Virus record (IMG/VR): IMGVR_UViG_3300048919_000084
Coordinates: 1-51,807 of that record
DNA length: 51,807 nt
Strand: one strand, 5' to 3'
Origin: a virus
The notes beneath the pieces are model-generated. The model had not been told where the DNA came from. It searched no databases and saw nothing but the letters and a program-made list of their open reading frames with translations. This document shows, piece after piece, positions 1-9,164 of the stretch. The stretch's first letter is position 1. Each line of letters opens with the position of its first letter. The position numbers and the translations under genes are program-made.

Positions 1-127
1 GTGGCTTCGCTGCTGGCGACATTGTGTTGGCAGAATTGTTTTCTGATGGTGACGCGGTTGTTGAAAATTCGGACTTTGACCGCGCACTTTGGGAGGGTTT
101 TATCTACCTTGACGCTGGAGAATTTGA
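1..127. repeat. 127-bp terminal direct repeat, copy 1 (identical to 51681-51807); closure overlap of a circular or circularly permuted assembly
   Basis: Read directly. Bases 1-127 (gtggcttcgctgctgg...ggagaatttga) recur exactly at 51681-51807. Confidence 0.9.
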
Positions 128-143
128 GGTGGTAAATGACTAA
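1..143 (+). CDS. hypothetical protein, 3' part of a 71-aa ORF crossing the window junction (5' part at 51608-51807)
   Basis: The frame is continuous through the overlap. Stop TAA at 141-143. Confidence 0.5.
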   Translation, partial: GFAAGDIVLAELFSDGDAVVENSDFDRALWEGFIYLDAGEFEVVND

Positions 144-309
144 GTGGATTCACATCTTCAAGGTTGCTTCTGGAAAGGGTAAACGGACGGTAAGCCACAT
201 GTACACTGATGAGCGACGCGCTATGATGGCTCTTGATTTGTGCGGTGGTCGCCTTGAGGTGGTTGAGGTGAAAGAGGTTATCCGCAAGGGGGAAAGCCGT
301 GTGCTCTGA
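136..309 (+). CDS. hypothetical protein (57 aa)
   Basis: ATG at 136 overlaps the preceding stop (ATGACTAA). Open to TGA at 307-309. Below the ORF-track cutoff. Confidence 0.4.
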   Translation: MTKWIHIFKVASGKGKRTVSHMYTDERRAMMALDLCGGRLEVVEVKEVIRKGESRVL

Positions 310-412
310 GTGGTGCTTTCGTAAAATGCTGGATGCTCAGGCTAAAGGCGATCTAAATGCTGTTGCAGATTATTGGCAGCTTGCTCAAGACTGGAATCAG
401 AAGGGGTTATAA
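299..412 (+). CDS. hypothetical protein (37 aa, GTG start)
   Basis: GTG lies 5-6 nt after GGGGGA. The stop TAA abuts the ATG at 413. Confidence 0.25.
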   Translation: MCSEWCFRKMLDAQAKGDLNAVADYWQLAQDWNQKGL

Positions 413-667
413 ATGTTTGGACTTAGCGAGGCTCATTACAACCTATGCAAGCAGGCAGCTCGTCGATGCAGTGATGACTTGCAAGAGCAGATAAACGCAT
501 CTGGCAAAAGCGCTCGCCAGCGCGCAAAGGCTTACCATGAGCTTGCCAAGCCATGCATTGACAAGCATTACAAGAATGTGGCAACCCTGATGCCAAGATT
601 AACCTTTCAGTGGTTGATTGGAAGCGTCAACGACAGGTTTGGTCATGATTCAGGCGAGTACGAATAA
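413..667 (+). CDS. hypothetical protein (84 aa)
   Basis: ORF track. Translationally coupled to the upstream ORF. Confidence 0.55.
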   Translation: MFGLSEAHYNLCKQAARRCSDDLQEQINASGKSARQRAKAYHELAKPCIDKHYKNVATLMPRLTFQWLIGSVNDRFGHDSGEYE

Positions 668-689
668 TAACCGGTCAGAGCAAATGCAC

Positions 690-718
690 TTGCAATAACA
701 ACCACCATGCAATAATAT
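690..718 (+). promoter_or_regulatory. sigma70-like promoter TTGCAA-17-TAATAT
   Basis: TTGCAA at 690-695, 17-bp spacer, TAATAT at 713-718. It lies in the 175-bp non-coding gap before the 842 ORF. Confidence 0.45.
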
Positions 719-841
719 TCAAATCGTCGGGCGGCAAAGGTCGAATGAACCGATAGCGGCACATCAAGTCGCGAAAAACAAATCGGAGGATTGTGAAACC
801 TCGCCGGATTCCGTAACCGGCACATATTCAGGAGTCAAAAA

Positions 842-1027
842 GTGAAACTGTTTGATATTAAAGTAACGGTAAGAAAAATGGGCAGGAAGTGCCCGACCTG
901 TATTCAACGAGCAAACGGTAAGTATCATGCCGAAACGGCAGAGGGTGCAATTGCTCTGATGAAGCAGAAGTTAAATGTCGATCTGGACACTCACCAGATT
1001 TCAATCAACTATATCCGCGAGGTTTAA
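842..1027 (+). CDS. hypothetical protein (61 aa, GTG start, CPTC motif)
   Basis: GTG lies 8 nt after AGGAG. ORF track. Confidence 0.55.
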   Translation: MKLFDIKVTVRKMGRKCPTCIQRANGKYHAETAEGAIALMKQKLNVDLDTHQISINYIREV

Positions 1028-1028
1028 A

Positions 1029-1280
1029 ATGAATGCTTTGCTTATCATTCTACTTTCTGTTTTTGCGTTTGGCTTGGGTGTATTCGCAACCCTGGTTTTA
1101 TGTGCTGGCGCGTTGCTTGTCCAGGCAAAGAAAGGAAAGGCGGTTCTTGCAACCTACAGCAAATCAAAAGGTCGCTGGGTGATTACCGGAAACCTTCTCT
1201 CTATCGCAGCAAACGTTGCTGATCGATTGCGAACATCTGACCCAAAATCGCCATGTGAATCTGTTCACTACACGCAATAA
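1029..1280 (+). CDS. small membrane protein (83 aa)
   Basis: ATG at 1029 after gaggtttaaa. N-terminal hydrophobic stretch ALLIILLSVFAFGLGVFATLVLCAGALLV. Confidence 0.6.
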   Translation: MNALLIILLSVFAFGLGVFATLVLCAGALLVQAKKGKAVLATYSKSKGRWVITGNLLSIAANVADRLRTSDPKSPCESVHYTQ

Positions 1281-1283
1281 ACT

Positions 1284-1307
1284 AAACCCGCTTCGGCGGG
1301 TTTTTTT
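1284..1307 (+). terminator. intrinsic terminator
   Basis: aaacccgc-ttcg-gcgggttt hairpin followed by T7. Confidence 0.75.
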
Positions 1308-1319
1308 ACGTCTGAATTT

Positions 1320-1328
1320 TGCTATACT
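1320..1328 (+). promoter_or_regulatory. extended -10-like box TGcTATACT immediately after a terminator
   Basis: TG at 1320-1321 and TATACT at 1323-1328. No -35 box. Lies 30 nt before terS. Confidence 0.35.
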
Positions 1329-1358
1329 CACGCCAACATTAACAAAGGAGTATTAACC

Positions 1359-1889
1359 ATGGCATCGAACAAAGGTCCAACGGCCAAGGAGCATATTGAG
1401 CAGGGTAGCTTTAAAGCTCTGTACAACAAAAGATATGGTGATATCGCCAGGGTTGGTAAAAACCGCGAGCTTACGCCAGAGCAAGTATTTGACCTGGCTG
1501 TGAGTTATTTCAGTTGGGCAGAATCTAACTCGCTAAAAACAGTCGAGACCGCATCTTTTCAGGGTGATGTTTACGAGAGCAAGACTCACAAGGCTCGTAT
1601 CTTTACCATCAAAGGGTTCCTGCTTTTTGCCTGCCTAAGCCCGGCATGCCTGCAGCGCTGGAGAAAAGAGGATGGATACAAAGAAGTGATTGAATTTGTC
1701 GATAACGTAATTTACGAGCAGAAATATCAGATGGCAGCAACCAACACGGCAAATGCTAACTTCCTCGCTAAAGATCTGGAAATTGACAAGGGCACATCAA
1801 TCACCGTCAACAATGGCGACGAGAATGCAGTAAGCAAAGAAGATTTAGCCGATGCTGTAAGCTCCGTGCTGGGCGCTTTAGGGGATTAA
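1359..1889 (+). CDS. terS: terminase small subunit (positional call)
   Basis: 176-aa ORF immediately upstream of, and coupled to, the large terminase gene. RBS aaaggag. Confidence 0.55.
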   Translation: MASNKGPTAKEHIEQGSFKALYNKRYGDIARVGKNRELTPEQVFDLAVSYFSWAESNSLKTVETASFQGDVYESKTHKARIFTIKGFLLFACLSPACLQRWRKEDGYKEVIEFVDNVIYEQKYQMAATNTANANFLAKDLEIDKGTSITVNNGDENAVSKEDLADAVSSVLGALGD

Positions 1890-1890
1890 A

Positions 1891-3453
1891 ATGCTGATAT
1901 GGGAAAACCTTACGCCAGCTGAAAAGCTGGCAATTAAGGGGCTGAGTGAGGCCTCTTTTGAGAAGATGATCAGGATTTGGTTTGAGCTGATTCAGGCTCA
2001 GAAGTTTCAGCCAAACTGGCATCATCTTTACCTTTGCCATGAGGTTGAGGAAATCATTGCTGGACGCAGGAAGGATACGATCTTTAACGTCACACCCGGC
2101 TCCGGTAAGACTGAGATATTCTCAATCCATCTTCCGCCATACGCCAAGATAAAACTGCCAAAAGTAAGGAATCTCAACCTTTCATTTGCTGACAGTCTCG
2201 TTAAGCGTAACTCAAAGCGAATCAGGGAAATCATCTCATCTGGAGAGTGGCAGGAGTTATGGCCTAGCAAATTTGCCACAGCGAAAGATGATGAGATCAA
2301 GATCCTCAACAAGAACGGCAAACCATGGGCCGAGATAATCTCAAAAGCGGCGGGAGGTCAGGTTACGGGTTCGCGTGGCGGGTACATGACGGAGGAGTTC
2401 TCCGGGATGGTGATGCTGGACGATATCGATAAACCTGATGATATGCTCTCAAAGGTAAAGCGCGAGAAAACGCACATGCTTTTGAAGAACACCATCCGAT
2501 CACGACGCATGAGGGACAGCACTCCGGTTATCGCCATACAGCAGCGCCTGCACACTCAGGATTCAACCTGGTTTATGATGAATGGCGGCATGGGTATTCA
2601 GTTTGACCAGATATCAATCCCGGCCATGGTTACGCGTGAATACATGGACACTCTTCCTGACTGGTTAAAACCTCACTTTGAGCGTGATGTTTTGTCGTCT
2701 GAGTTTGTGGAAGTTGATGGCGTAAAGCATTACTCATTCTGGCCCTCCAAAGAGTCAATACATGATCTTGTTAAGCTGAAGGAAGCCGATCCATATACGT
2801 TTATGTCGCAGTACCAGCAAGCTCCGTTTGCGCTTGGCGGCAACGTATTCAACACGGATTGGTGGCGTTATTATGGAGAATCTGATAAGTGCATGGAGTT
2901 TGCACCTGACAAATTCGATTACCGCTTTATCACTGCGGATACCGCTCAGAAAACGAAGGAGATTAACGACTACTCTGTGTTTGTCCTTTGGGGCCGGGTT
3001 GGAGATAAGATCTACTTCATTGACGGGGTGCGAGGGAAGTGGGAAGCTCCAGACTTGAGAACCAATTTCGAGGCTTTCATAAATCAGAGCTGGAGAGACA
3101 ATAAGGCCAAAGGAACTCTGAGGAAAATTTACGTGGAAGATAAGGCCAGCGGAACGGGCTTGATACAGGATCTGGCAAAGAAAACCCCGGTCAATATAAC
3201 ACCTGTTCAGCGCGACAAGGACAAAACAACAAGGGCAATGGATGCGCAACCAGTAATCAAGGCTGGAAGGGTTTATCTTCCAGATAACCACCCAATGATT
3301 GCTGAATTCGTTGCTGAGCACGCGGCGTTTACATACGATGATTCGCATAAAAATGATGACATTGTTGATAACACCCTTGACGCTGTAAACATTGAGTTGA
3401 ACATCGCTGATGATCCGGTTTCAAGAATGAAGAAGCTGGCTGGTTTAAAGTAA
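1891..3453 (+). CDS. terL: terminase large subunit
   Basis: Walker A TPGSGKTE and Walker B VMLDDIDKPDD, with a C-terminal nuclease-like half. 520 aa. Confidence 0.9.
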   Translation: MLIWENLTPAEKLAIKGLSEASFEKMIRIWFELIQAQKFQPNWHHLYLCHEVEEIIAGRRKDTIFNVTPGSGKTEIFSIHLPPYAKIKLPKVRNLNLSFADSLVKRNSKRIREIISSGEWQELWPSKFATAKDDEIKILNKNGKPWAEIISKAAGGQVTGSRGGYMTEEFSGMVMLDDIDKPDDMLSKVKREKTHMLLKNTIRSRRMRDSTPVIAIQQRLHTQDSTWFMMNGGMGIQFDQISIPAMVTREYMDTLPDWLKPHFERDVLSSEFVEVDGVKHYSFWPSKESIHDLVKLKEADPYTFMSQYQQAPFALGGNVFNTDWWRYYGESDKCMEFAPDKFDYRFITADTAQKTKEINDYSVFVLWGRVGDKIYFIDGVRGKWEAPDLRTNFEAFINQSWRDNKAKGTLRKIYVEDKASGTGLIQDLAKKTPVNITPVQRDKDKTTRAMDAQPVIKAGRVYLPDNHPMIAEFVAEHAAFTYDDSHKNDDIVDNTLDAVNIELNIADDPVSRMKKLAGLK

Positions 3454-3467
3454 TGCTGATACAATCA

Positions 3468-3492
3468 AGGCTGGATAATTCCAGCCTTTTTT
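3468..3492 (+). terminator. intrinsic terminator
   Basis: aaggctgga-taat-tccagcctt hairpin followed by T6. Confidence 0.7.
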
Positions 3493-3507
3493 ATTTGGAG
3501 TGGCAAA

Positions 3508-4830
3508 ATGAAAAACATTAAGTCAGATGGTTATACCAATCTTTTCGGGCCTGACATGACAGCGAATCACGTAAGCGCTGGCGGGTTTGAATTGAGCAGC
3601 AATAAGGGCGTTGAAAATCTTTACGCCAACAACGAGATCGCGAGACGAATCGTAGATGTTGTGCCGGAGGAAATGGTAGCTCCGGGATTCAAGATTAACG
3701 GCATTGAAGATGACAGCGCATTCCGTTCAATGTGGACAGGGCTTAAACTTGATCAGTCAATCGTAGATTTGCTTTGCTGGTCTCGCCTTTCTGGGCGCTC
3801 GGGAATGCTGCTGATGATTAACGATGGCCGTTCCTTAACCTCACCTGCGGTGGGCGGAGGTAAGCTGGAATATGTCAGGATTTACGAAAAGGCAGAGTTC
3901 AAGGTTGATTCACACGAAACCAATCAGCGCAACGTGAGGTTTGGCTTGCCAAAGTTTTACCGGGTTACGCCTCACCAGGGCAATGAGTTCAAAGTCCACT
4001 ACACTCGCTTTTATGTCCAGGAGGGTCGCAGGCTCCCGAATAGCCTTATGACGCGAGACAGTGGAGGGGCCAGCGTATTGTCATCATCCCTGGTTCACGC
4101 CATCCTTGATTACTCAGAGTGTCATCGACTTGCAACTCAGGTGTTGAAGCGCAAACAGCAGGCAGTGTGGAAAGCCAAGGGGCTTGCGGCGCTGTGTGAT
4201 GACACAGAAGGTGAATATGCGGCAAGACTTCGCCTGGCTCAGGTAACTGACAATGCTGGCATTGATAAGCCAATCGGCATTGATGCAGACGATGAGGAGT
4301 ATGACATTCTTCAGGGTGATGTTTCTGGCATCCCTGAGTTTTTATCGACAAAGATGGATCGTATTGTTGAGCTTTCGGGTATTCATGAAATCATCCTGAA
4401 AAACAAAAATACGGGCGGGGTTAGCGCAAGCCAGAATACGGCTCTGCAGACTTTCTACAAGCTGATTGATCGCGAGCGAAAAGACAACCTTCACCCCATT
4501 CTTGAGTTCTTGATTCCCTTTGTGATCGATGAGCAGGAGTGGGACATTGAGTTTGAACCGCTGTCTATTCCATCGGATACGGAGAAAGCAGCCGTGCTTA
4601 AGTCTGTTGCGGAGACCCTGACTCAGCTGATCGATAACCAGACAATTGATGTTGAGGAGTCTCGCGACACCCTTGATTCAATGAATCTTGGCGTTAAGCT
4701 CAAGAAAAAACCCGGACCACTGCCAACGCGTGAGGACGTGGAAGCAGCAAAGCAACAGCTGAATGACTCACAGAAAAATCAGAATCCAACAGGCGAGGGT
4801 GAGGGTAATGAAAATCAGGGGAACGATTAA
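3508..4830 (+). CDS. portal protein
   Basis: 440 aa. Position directly after terL, with an acidic/Gln-rich C-terminus. Confidence 0.8.
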   Translation: MKNIKSDGYTNLFGPDMTANHVSAGGFELSSNKGVENLYANNEIARRIVDVVPEEMVAPGFKINGIEDDSAFRSMWTGLKLDQSIVDLLCWSRLSGRSGMLLMINDGRSLTSPAVGGGKLEYVRIYEKAEFKVDSHETNQRNVRFGLPKFYRVTPHQGNEFKVHYTRFYVQEGRRLPNSLMTRDSGGASVLSSSLVHAILDYSECHRLATQVLKRKQQAVWKAKGLAALCDDTEGEYAARLRLAQVTDNAGIDKPIGIDADDEEYDILQGDVSGIPEFLSTKMDRIVELSGIHEIILKNKNTGGVSASQNTALQTFYKLIDRERKDNLHPILEFLIPFVIDEQEWDIEFEPLSIPSDTEKAAVLKSVAETLTQLIDNQTIDVEESRDTLDSMNLGVKLKKKPGPLPTREDVEAAKQQLNDSQKNQNPTGEGEGNENQGND

Positions 4831-5569
4831 ACCCTGGCGATTCCCGGAAGCGAGCGAGCGGGCTTTGTCCCGCTCCATGATCAAGGCTACTGAGGATGCC
4901 ATTGAGGTTTTAAAGCGCAACACCGCAAAGCTAAAATTTGACGCAACTGATGATGAGATTCAGTCTCAGGAAGATGAAAGCGAGGCGGAGGTGATCGCAA
5001 TATTCCTTGCGCTGGTTGCTTCATTATCAAGTCTTGGATTTGCAATCTACAAGTTCAACACTCAGCAGTTTTTGCTGATGGCTCTTTCTACTGGTGGCGC
5101 TGATAACCCATCGGTTGCACTTCTGAATCAGACTGGCGCTACCGGCTCCGAGCCGTGGCTCTATGAGGATCTGAAGATGTGGCAAACCACAAGCCAGAAC
5201 TCCATGATAAAGATTGCAAGGGATATCGTCGCTGACTGGTCAACGCAGGTTCGCCTGGCGGTAGCAAGAGAGTCAGATGATATTCAGGTTAGCGACATAT
5301 TGAAGGGCCGCTACTCAACCTATAAGAGCTGGTCTGCAAATCGGGCCTCTGGTATAGTTAGCACGTTCAATTCCCGCCTGATGCGTCAGAGGCTCAAAGA
5401 TGCCAACGTTTCCCGGTACATCTGGCGCGGAAAGATGGATGATAGAGAGCGAGAGTCGCATATTGCTTTACAGAACAAATCAAGGACGCCAGATCAGTTT
5501 CCTTTCCCTGGCGAAGAATATAACTGCCGGTGCTGGGCCATACCAGACTGGAAAACCAGATACAGGTGA
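4808..5569 (+). CDS. head morphogenesis protein (Mu F / SPP1 gp7-like)
   Basis: Position after the portal gene. C-terminal ...YNCRCWAIP motif. ATG at 4808 preferred over the track start at 4763. Confidence 0.7.
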   Translation: MKIRGTIKPWRFPEASERALSRSMIKATEDAIEVLKRNTAKLKFDATDDEIQSQEDESEAEVIAIFLALVASLSSLGFAIYKFNTQQFLLMALSTGGADNPSVALLNQTGATGSEPWLYEDLKMWQTTSQNSMIKIARDIVADWSTQVRLAVARESDDIQVSDILKGRYSTYKSWSANRASGIVSTFNSRLMRQRLKDANVSRYIWRGKMDDRERESHIALQNKSRTPDQFPFPGEEYNCRCWAIPDWKTRYR

Positions 5570-5573
5570 TAAA

Positions 5574-6710
5574 ATGAAGAAGGTACAAAGATTTGACACG
5601 GCACGCGTGAAAGCCCGATTTGATGACAACGGGTTTTTGATTGACACACCCCTGGTTGCTCGAATCGGCTTGCAGGTTTATCAGACGGCAACAGGTGGTG
5701 AGCGTAGAGAGTTCCGACCTGCAGCTGAGGTATTCAAGGCTGACTCTCTTGCCTCTTACCAGGGTAAGCCGATTACGCTAGGGCATAAAACTGTAAACTC
5801 AAAGAACGCCAAAGGTAACATTGTTGGTGCCTGCGCTGGCCCAGGTGTTCGTGATGGAATTGGTGTTGGCGTGCCGGTTGTCGTTTATGATGACGATTCA
5901 ATCAGTAAGGCGAAGAAAAAGATCGCAGCCGAGCTGTCAGTCGGTTACTCGTCAGTGGACATTGAAGAGTCTGGCTGGGGCAACGAGGTGACTGGTGATT
6001 ACCTTCTTGATAAAGACGCACCTGGTGATAAGTCTGATTCTGCTGAAAATTATCCGCCAGCGCCGGACGAGAGCGGAAATTGGGTAAGGTTTGATGCGGT
6101 TCAGACTGACATTGAAGTAAATCATGTTGCAATGGTATTCAAGGGTCGGGCTGGAATTGCTAAATTAAACCTAGACAGTGAGCAGGAGTTCCCTTATCAT
6201 TCAGCCGTATCTAAAACAAACGCAAAGGGTGATTCAAAAATGAAAACTATCAAAATTGATGGTGTGGACGTAGAAGTGACTCCAGAAGTTGCGGCGCACG
6301 TTGCTACTATCTCAGCAGAAGCGCAAACTACCGCAGCAGAGCGCGATCAGCTCAAGGCAAAGGTAGATGGTTTCCCGGCTCAGCTTGATGCCGCAGTGAA
6401 CACTGCAGTTCAGAAAGCAAAGGCTGATGCTGCTGAGCATGTTGAGCTGGTAAACTTCGCTGGCGAGCTGGGTGTAAAAACTGATGGACTTGACGCTAAG
6501 CAGATTAAAATTGCATGCATCAAGCAAGCATCCGGCGTTGATGCATCAGCTAAGACTGATGCCTATATCGACACCGCCTTTGATATGGTAAAAACCTCTG
6601 ACAAGTTAGGCGCTAATCGCCTGCAAGTCATGGGTGGCAAGCCAGCAAATGCGAAGGACGACAGCGCAGACTCTGGCATCACCGATCCGCAAATGCGATT
6701 CCGCAAGTAA
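5574..6710 (+). CDS. prohead scaffold/protease-like protein
   Basis: ATG at 5574 after caggtgataaa. Ala/Lys/Asp-rich coiled C-terminal half. Position before the capsid genes. Confidence 0.55.
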   Translation: MKKVQRFDTARVKARFDDNGFLIDTPLVARIGLQVYQTATGGERREFRPAAEVFKADSLASYQGKPITLGHKTVNSKNAKGNIVGACAGPGVRDGIGVGVPVVVYDDDSISKAKKKIAAELSVGYSSVDIEESGWGNEVTGDYLLDKDAPGDKSDSAENYPPAPDESGNWVRFDAVQTDIEVNHVAMVFKGRAGIAKLNLDSEQEFPYHSAVSKTNAKGDSKMKTIKIDGVDVEVTPEVAAHVATISAEAQTTAAERDQLKAKVDGFPAQLDAAVNTAVQKAKADAAEHVELVNFAGELGVKTDGLDAKQIKIACIKQASGVDASAKTDAYIDTAFDMVKTSDKLGANRLQVMGGKPANAKDDSADSGITDPQMRFRK

Positions 6711-6767
6711 TACCGTTCAGGGGTGATTGTCAATCGCCCCAAATCAAAATAAACAGGAGCATTAAAA

Positions 6768-7274
6768 ATGGCACTTATTAACGCAACGTACACAGTCAAT
6801 CGCGCACAAGCCTACGCAGGTCAGATTGCTGATACTTCTCTTTATAACATCGACGGCACTTGCGCACACAACCCGAATGCAACCGCAAACTTGCAGATTG
6901 GCGTGCTGGTATCTGTTCTTTCCGTTCAGCCAATTGACGGTCACAAAGTCGTGGCGGCTGGCGCACCAGCGAACTCGACTCCGCTGGGTATCGGTATCAT
7001 GTCAAGCGTATACTCTCCGGGCGGTGAATATGAGCCGGGCCGAGCAGTTAACGTTATGACTCATGGCCGCGTGTGGGTTCTCGCCCTTGCTGCACTGACT
7101 GATGCTCAGGCCGCATACGGTTTGCCGGTTAGCTTCAATGCTGATGGCATTGTCGAAAATGGCGGTGCAGTCGATACCGGCTGGAAGTTCACAGGCGAAG
7201 TGCTGCCATCTTCTAACCCGGCTTACAAGCTGGTGAAGATTCAGGTGCTGCAGAACGCGCCAGTTCCGGCGTAA
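6768..7274 (+). CDS. capsid accessory/decoration-like protein
   Basis: 168 aa, Gly/Ala/Val-rich. Lies between the scaffold and major capsid genes. RBS caggag. Confidence 0.5.
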   Translation: MALINATYTVNRAQAYAGQIADTSLYNIDGTCAHNPNATANLQIGVLVSVLSVQPIDGHKVVAAGAPANSTPLGIGIMSSVYSPGGEYEPGRAVNVMTHGRVWVLALAALTDAQAAYGLPVSFNADGIVENGGAVDTGWKFTGEVLPSSNPAYKLVKIQVLQNAPVPA

Positions 7275-7279
7275 TTAGA

Positions 7280-7305
7280 AAGGGGGCTTCGGCCTCCTTT
7301 TTTTA
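7280..7305 (+). terminator. intrinsic terminator
   Basis: aagggggc-ttcg-gcctcctt hairpin followed by T7. Confidence 0.75.
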
Positions 7306-7319
7306 TGCATAAATTTATG

Positions 7320-7347
7320 TTGATTGCTTAACAAAAAATGCTATCAT
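7320..7347 (+). promoter_or_regulatory. promoter TTGATT-16-(TGc)TATCAT ahead of the major capsid gene
   Basis: TTGATT at 7320-7325, TG at 7339-7340, TATCAT at 7342-7347. Confidence 0.5.
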
Positions 7348-7390
7348 GAGCGCGTGTTAACAAATCACCATTCCATAAGGATTAAATAAA

Positions 7391-8335
7391 ATGACGATGA
7401 AATTAGATTCATTCGAGCAGAACGACATTACTGCTGGACTTCGCAAGATGGGTGTCGCTCATGACAAAGTTGACGCTGTTGGCGCTTGGACTGTTGAGCA
7501 GATGAAGCAGGTTCTAAACCGCCAGTACGAGGCGATGTACCCGCAAACGTCAGCGTTGGCGCTTTTCCCGGTAACTACCGAGCTTAGCCCAACCACTAAC
7601 CTCTTTGAGTATCGCACCTTTGACGGCGTAACCTCTGCGAAAATCATCGCCGATTACACTGACGATCTGCCAACCGTTGAGGCAATGTCAACGCCTGCTT
7701 TCGGTCGCGTTCATCGCATGGGTAACGCATGGTTGATTTCCAAAGATGAGATTGCAACCGGCGCAGCAATGGGCAGCTCACTGTCTGATCGCAAGGCGTC
7801 TCTGGCCCGCGAAGGTCACGAAACCCTGGTTAACCGCCTGGTGTTTAAAGGTTCAGCGCCTCATAACATCCTGAGCGTTTTCAATCACCCTAACGTTACT
7901 CGTATCGTTTCGGCTGGCTGGGGAGCTGATGCTGAAGTTGCAAACGACGAGCTGGAGGATCTGATTGAGCAGATCGAAACTCTGACCAACGGCCAGAACC
8001 GAGTGACTGACATTGTCATTCCGCCGTCCAAGCGTCGCCTGCTGGCTAAGCGCATGCCTGAAACAACTCAGTCATACCTGCAGTACTTCCAGTCCCAGAA
8101 TGCTGGCATCACCATTAGCTCAATCGCTGAGCTGGAAGATATCGACGGTGCAGGAACAAAATCGGTGCTGGCATATGAGAAAAACCCTCTCAACATGTCA
8201 ATTGAGATCCCGGAGGTGTTTAACATGCTTCCGATGCAGCCTAAAGACCTGCATTTCAAGGTGCCTTGCACCTCTAAGGCTACCGGCCTGCTGATTTATC
8301 GTCCCCTGACGATTGCATTACTGACCGGCGTGTAA
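7391..8335 (+). CDS. major capsid protein
   Basis: 314 aa. Position and size fit, and it has its own promoter and terminator. Confidence 0.8.
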   Translation: MTMKLDSFEQNDITAGLRKMGVAHDKVDAVGAWTVEQMKQVLNRQYEAMYPQTSALALFPVTTELSPTTNLFEYRTFDGVTSAKIIADYTDDLPTVEAMSTPAFGRVHRMGNAWLISKDEIATGAAMGSSLSDRKASLAREGHETLVNRLVFKGSAPHNILSVFNHPNVTRIVSAGWGADAEVANDELEDLIEQIETLTNGQNRVTDIVIPPSKRRLLAKRMPETTQSYLQYFQSQNAGITISSIAELEDIDGAGTKSVLAYEKNPLNMSIEIPEVFNMLPMQPKDLHFKVPCTSKATGLLIYRPLTIALLTGV

Positions 8336-8341
8336 TAAGAT

Positions 8342-8369
8342 GAGCCTCACTTAATTGTGAGGCTTTTTT
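8342..8369 (+). terminator. intrinsic terminator
   Basis: gagcctcac-ttaatt-gtgaggctt hairpin followed by T-run. Confidence 0.75.
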
Positions 8370-8393
8370 CAATCCCAAAAGAGGTTAAATATC

Positions 8394-8729
8394 ATGGCTA
8401 CCAAGACCAATAAAGAAAACACCACTGAGAACAACGCTGCTAACGAGCAGGAAGTTACCTTGCCAAAAACCAATACGGTTAAAGTTATTGGAGCGTGCCT
8501 AGTCAAGCTCAAAGGTGAAAAATATTCACACGGCAGTGAATTCGAGCTTACTGATCAAGAGCTGAAATCAAAAGGCGTTACATACCTGTTTGCTGCAAAA
8601 ATCCTGGCATTAAAGGATAACGAAACAAAAACGCAACAGATCATCGAAAAGCATCGCGCTAACGCCAAGCCTGACCCAAACGAAGGTAAAACTACGGAAC
8701 AGCTGGAAAGCGGCGGCGAGTTTAAGTAG
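8394..8729 (+). CDS. hypothetical structural-module protein (111 aa)
   Basis: ORF track. RBS agaggt. Bounded by terminators on both sides. Confidence 0.5.
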   Translation: MATKTNKENTTENNAANEQEVTLPKTNTVKVIGACLVKLKGEKYSHGSEFELTDQELKSKGVTYLFAAKILALKDNETKTQQIIEKHRANAKPDPNEGKTTEQLESGGEFK

Positions 8730-8734
8730 TATTA

Positions 8735-8761
8735 AGGGACGCATATTGCGTCCCTTTTTTA
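8735..8761 (+). terminator. intrinsic terminator
   Basis: agggacgca-tat-tgcgtccct hairpin followed by T7. Confidence 0.75.
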
Positions 8762-8774
8762 TTGGAGAATTATC

Positions 8775-9164
8775 ATGAATGATTCAGTCATAGCAATCAT
8801 CCGTGGCATAGCGCCACCATTCAAAAAGATGCCGGATGAGAATATTGATGCTTGGGTAGAGATGGCAAAGATTTTCATCTGTGAGGGCAGGTTCGGTGAT
8901 CAATATGATCGCGCTTTAGCCCTTTACACGCTGCACCTAATGACGCTTGATGGCGCTGCAAAAGGTGAGAAAGAGAGCGTGGGAGATTACTCTCGCAGGC
9001 TGGCCAGCTTCAGCTTGTCGGGTGAGTTTTCGCAAACCTTCGCCACTCTGAGCGGTGACACCACATCAATTCGCGCTACTCCGTGGGGCAAGATGTTTGA
9101 CCTGCTCAACAAAAGAAAGGGTGGCGGGTTCGGATTGATAACGGCAGCAAGTCGGGGGTGTTAA
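8775..9164 (+). CDS. head-tail connector/adaptor-like protein
   Basis: 129 aa. First gene of the coupled head-completion cluster. Confidence 0.5.
   Translation: MNDSVIAIIRGIAPPFKKMPDENIDAWVEMAKIFICEGRFGDQYDRALALYTLHLMTLDGAAKGEKESVGDYSRRLASFSLSGEFSQTFATLSGDTTSIRATPWGKMFDLLNKRKGGGFGLITAASRGC

Noticed and set aside
1-127. The terminal repeat considered as true direct terminal repeats or cos ends.
   Set aside because: It interrupts an ORF. Its length equals a common assembler k-mer. T1-like phages use headful packaging.
668-841. tRNA or other structured RNA genes in the larger non-coding gaps (668-841, 26477-27099, 41889-42757).
   Set aside because: I could not fold any cloverleaf with conserved T-loop (GTTCRANY) or D-loop features by eye. 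This needs tRNAscan-SE or Infernal to exclude formally.
2755-3348. 197-aa minus-strand ORF inside the large terminase gene. Similar antisense track ORFs occur at 13031..13411, 22849..23670 and 29872..30288.
   Set aside because: Fully embedded antisense to genes with strong motif support. They have no RBS or promoter, and their composition is typical of shadow frames.
5400-5573. Long N-terminal extensions of track ORFs. Examples are 5400, 4763, 10346, 17306, 25448..26539, 31053, 32861, 35578, 35831, 41930, 43622 and 50107.
   Set aside because: The extensions overlap upstream genes or promoter cassettes and lack an RBS. Internal ATG or GTG codons with good Shine-Dalgarno spacing were preferred.
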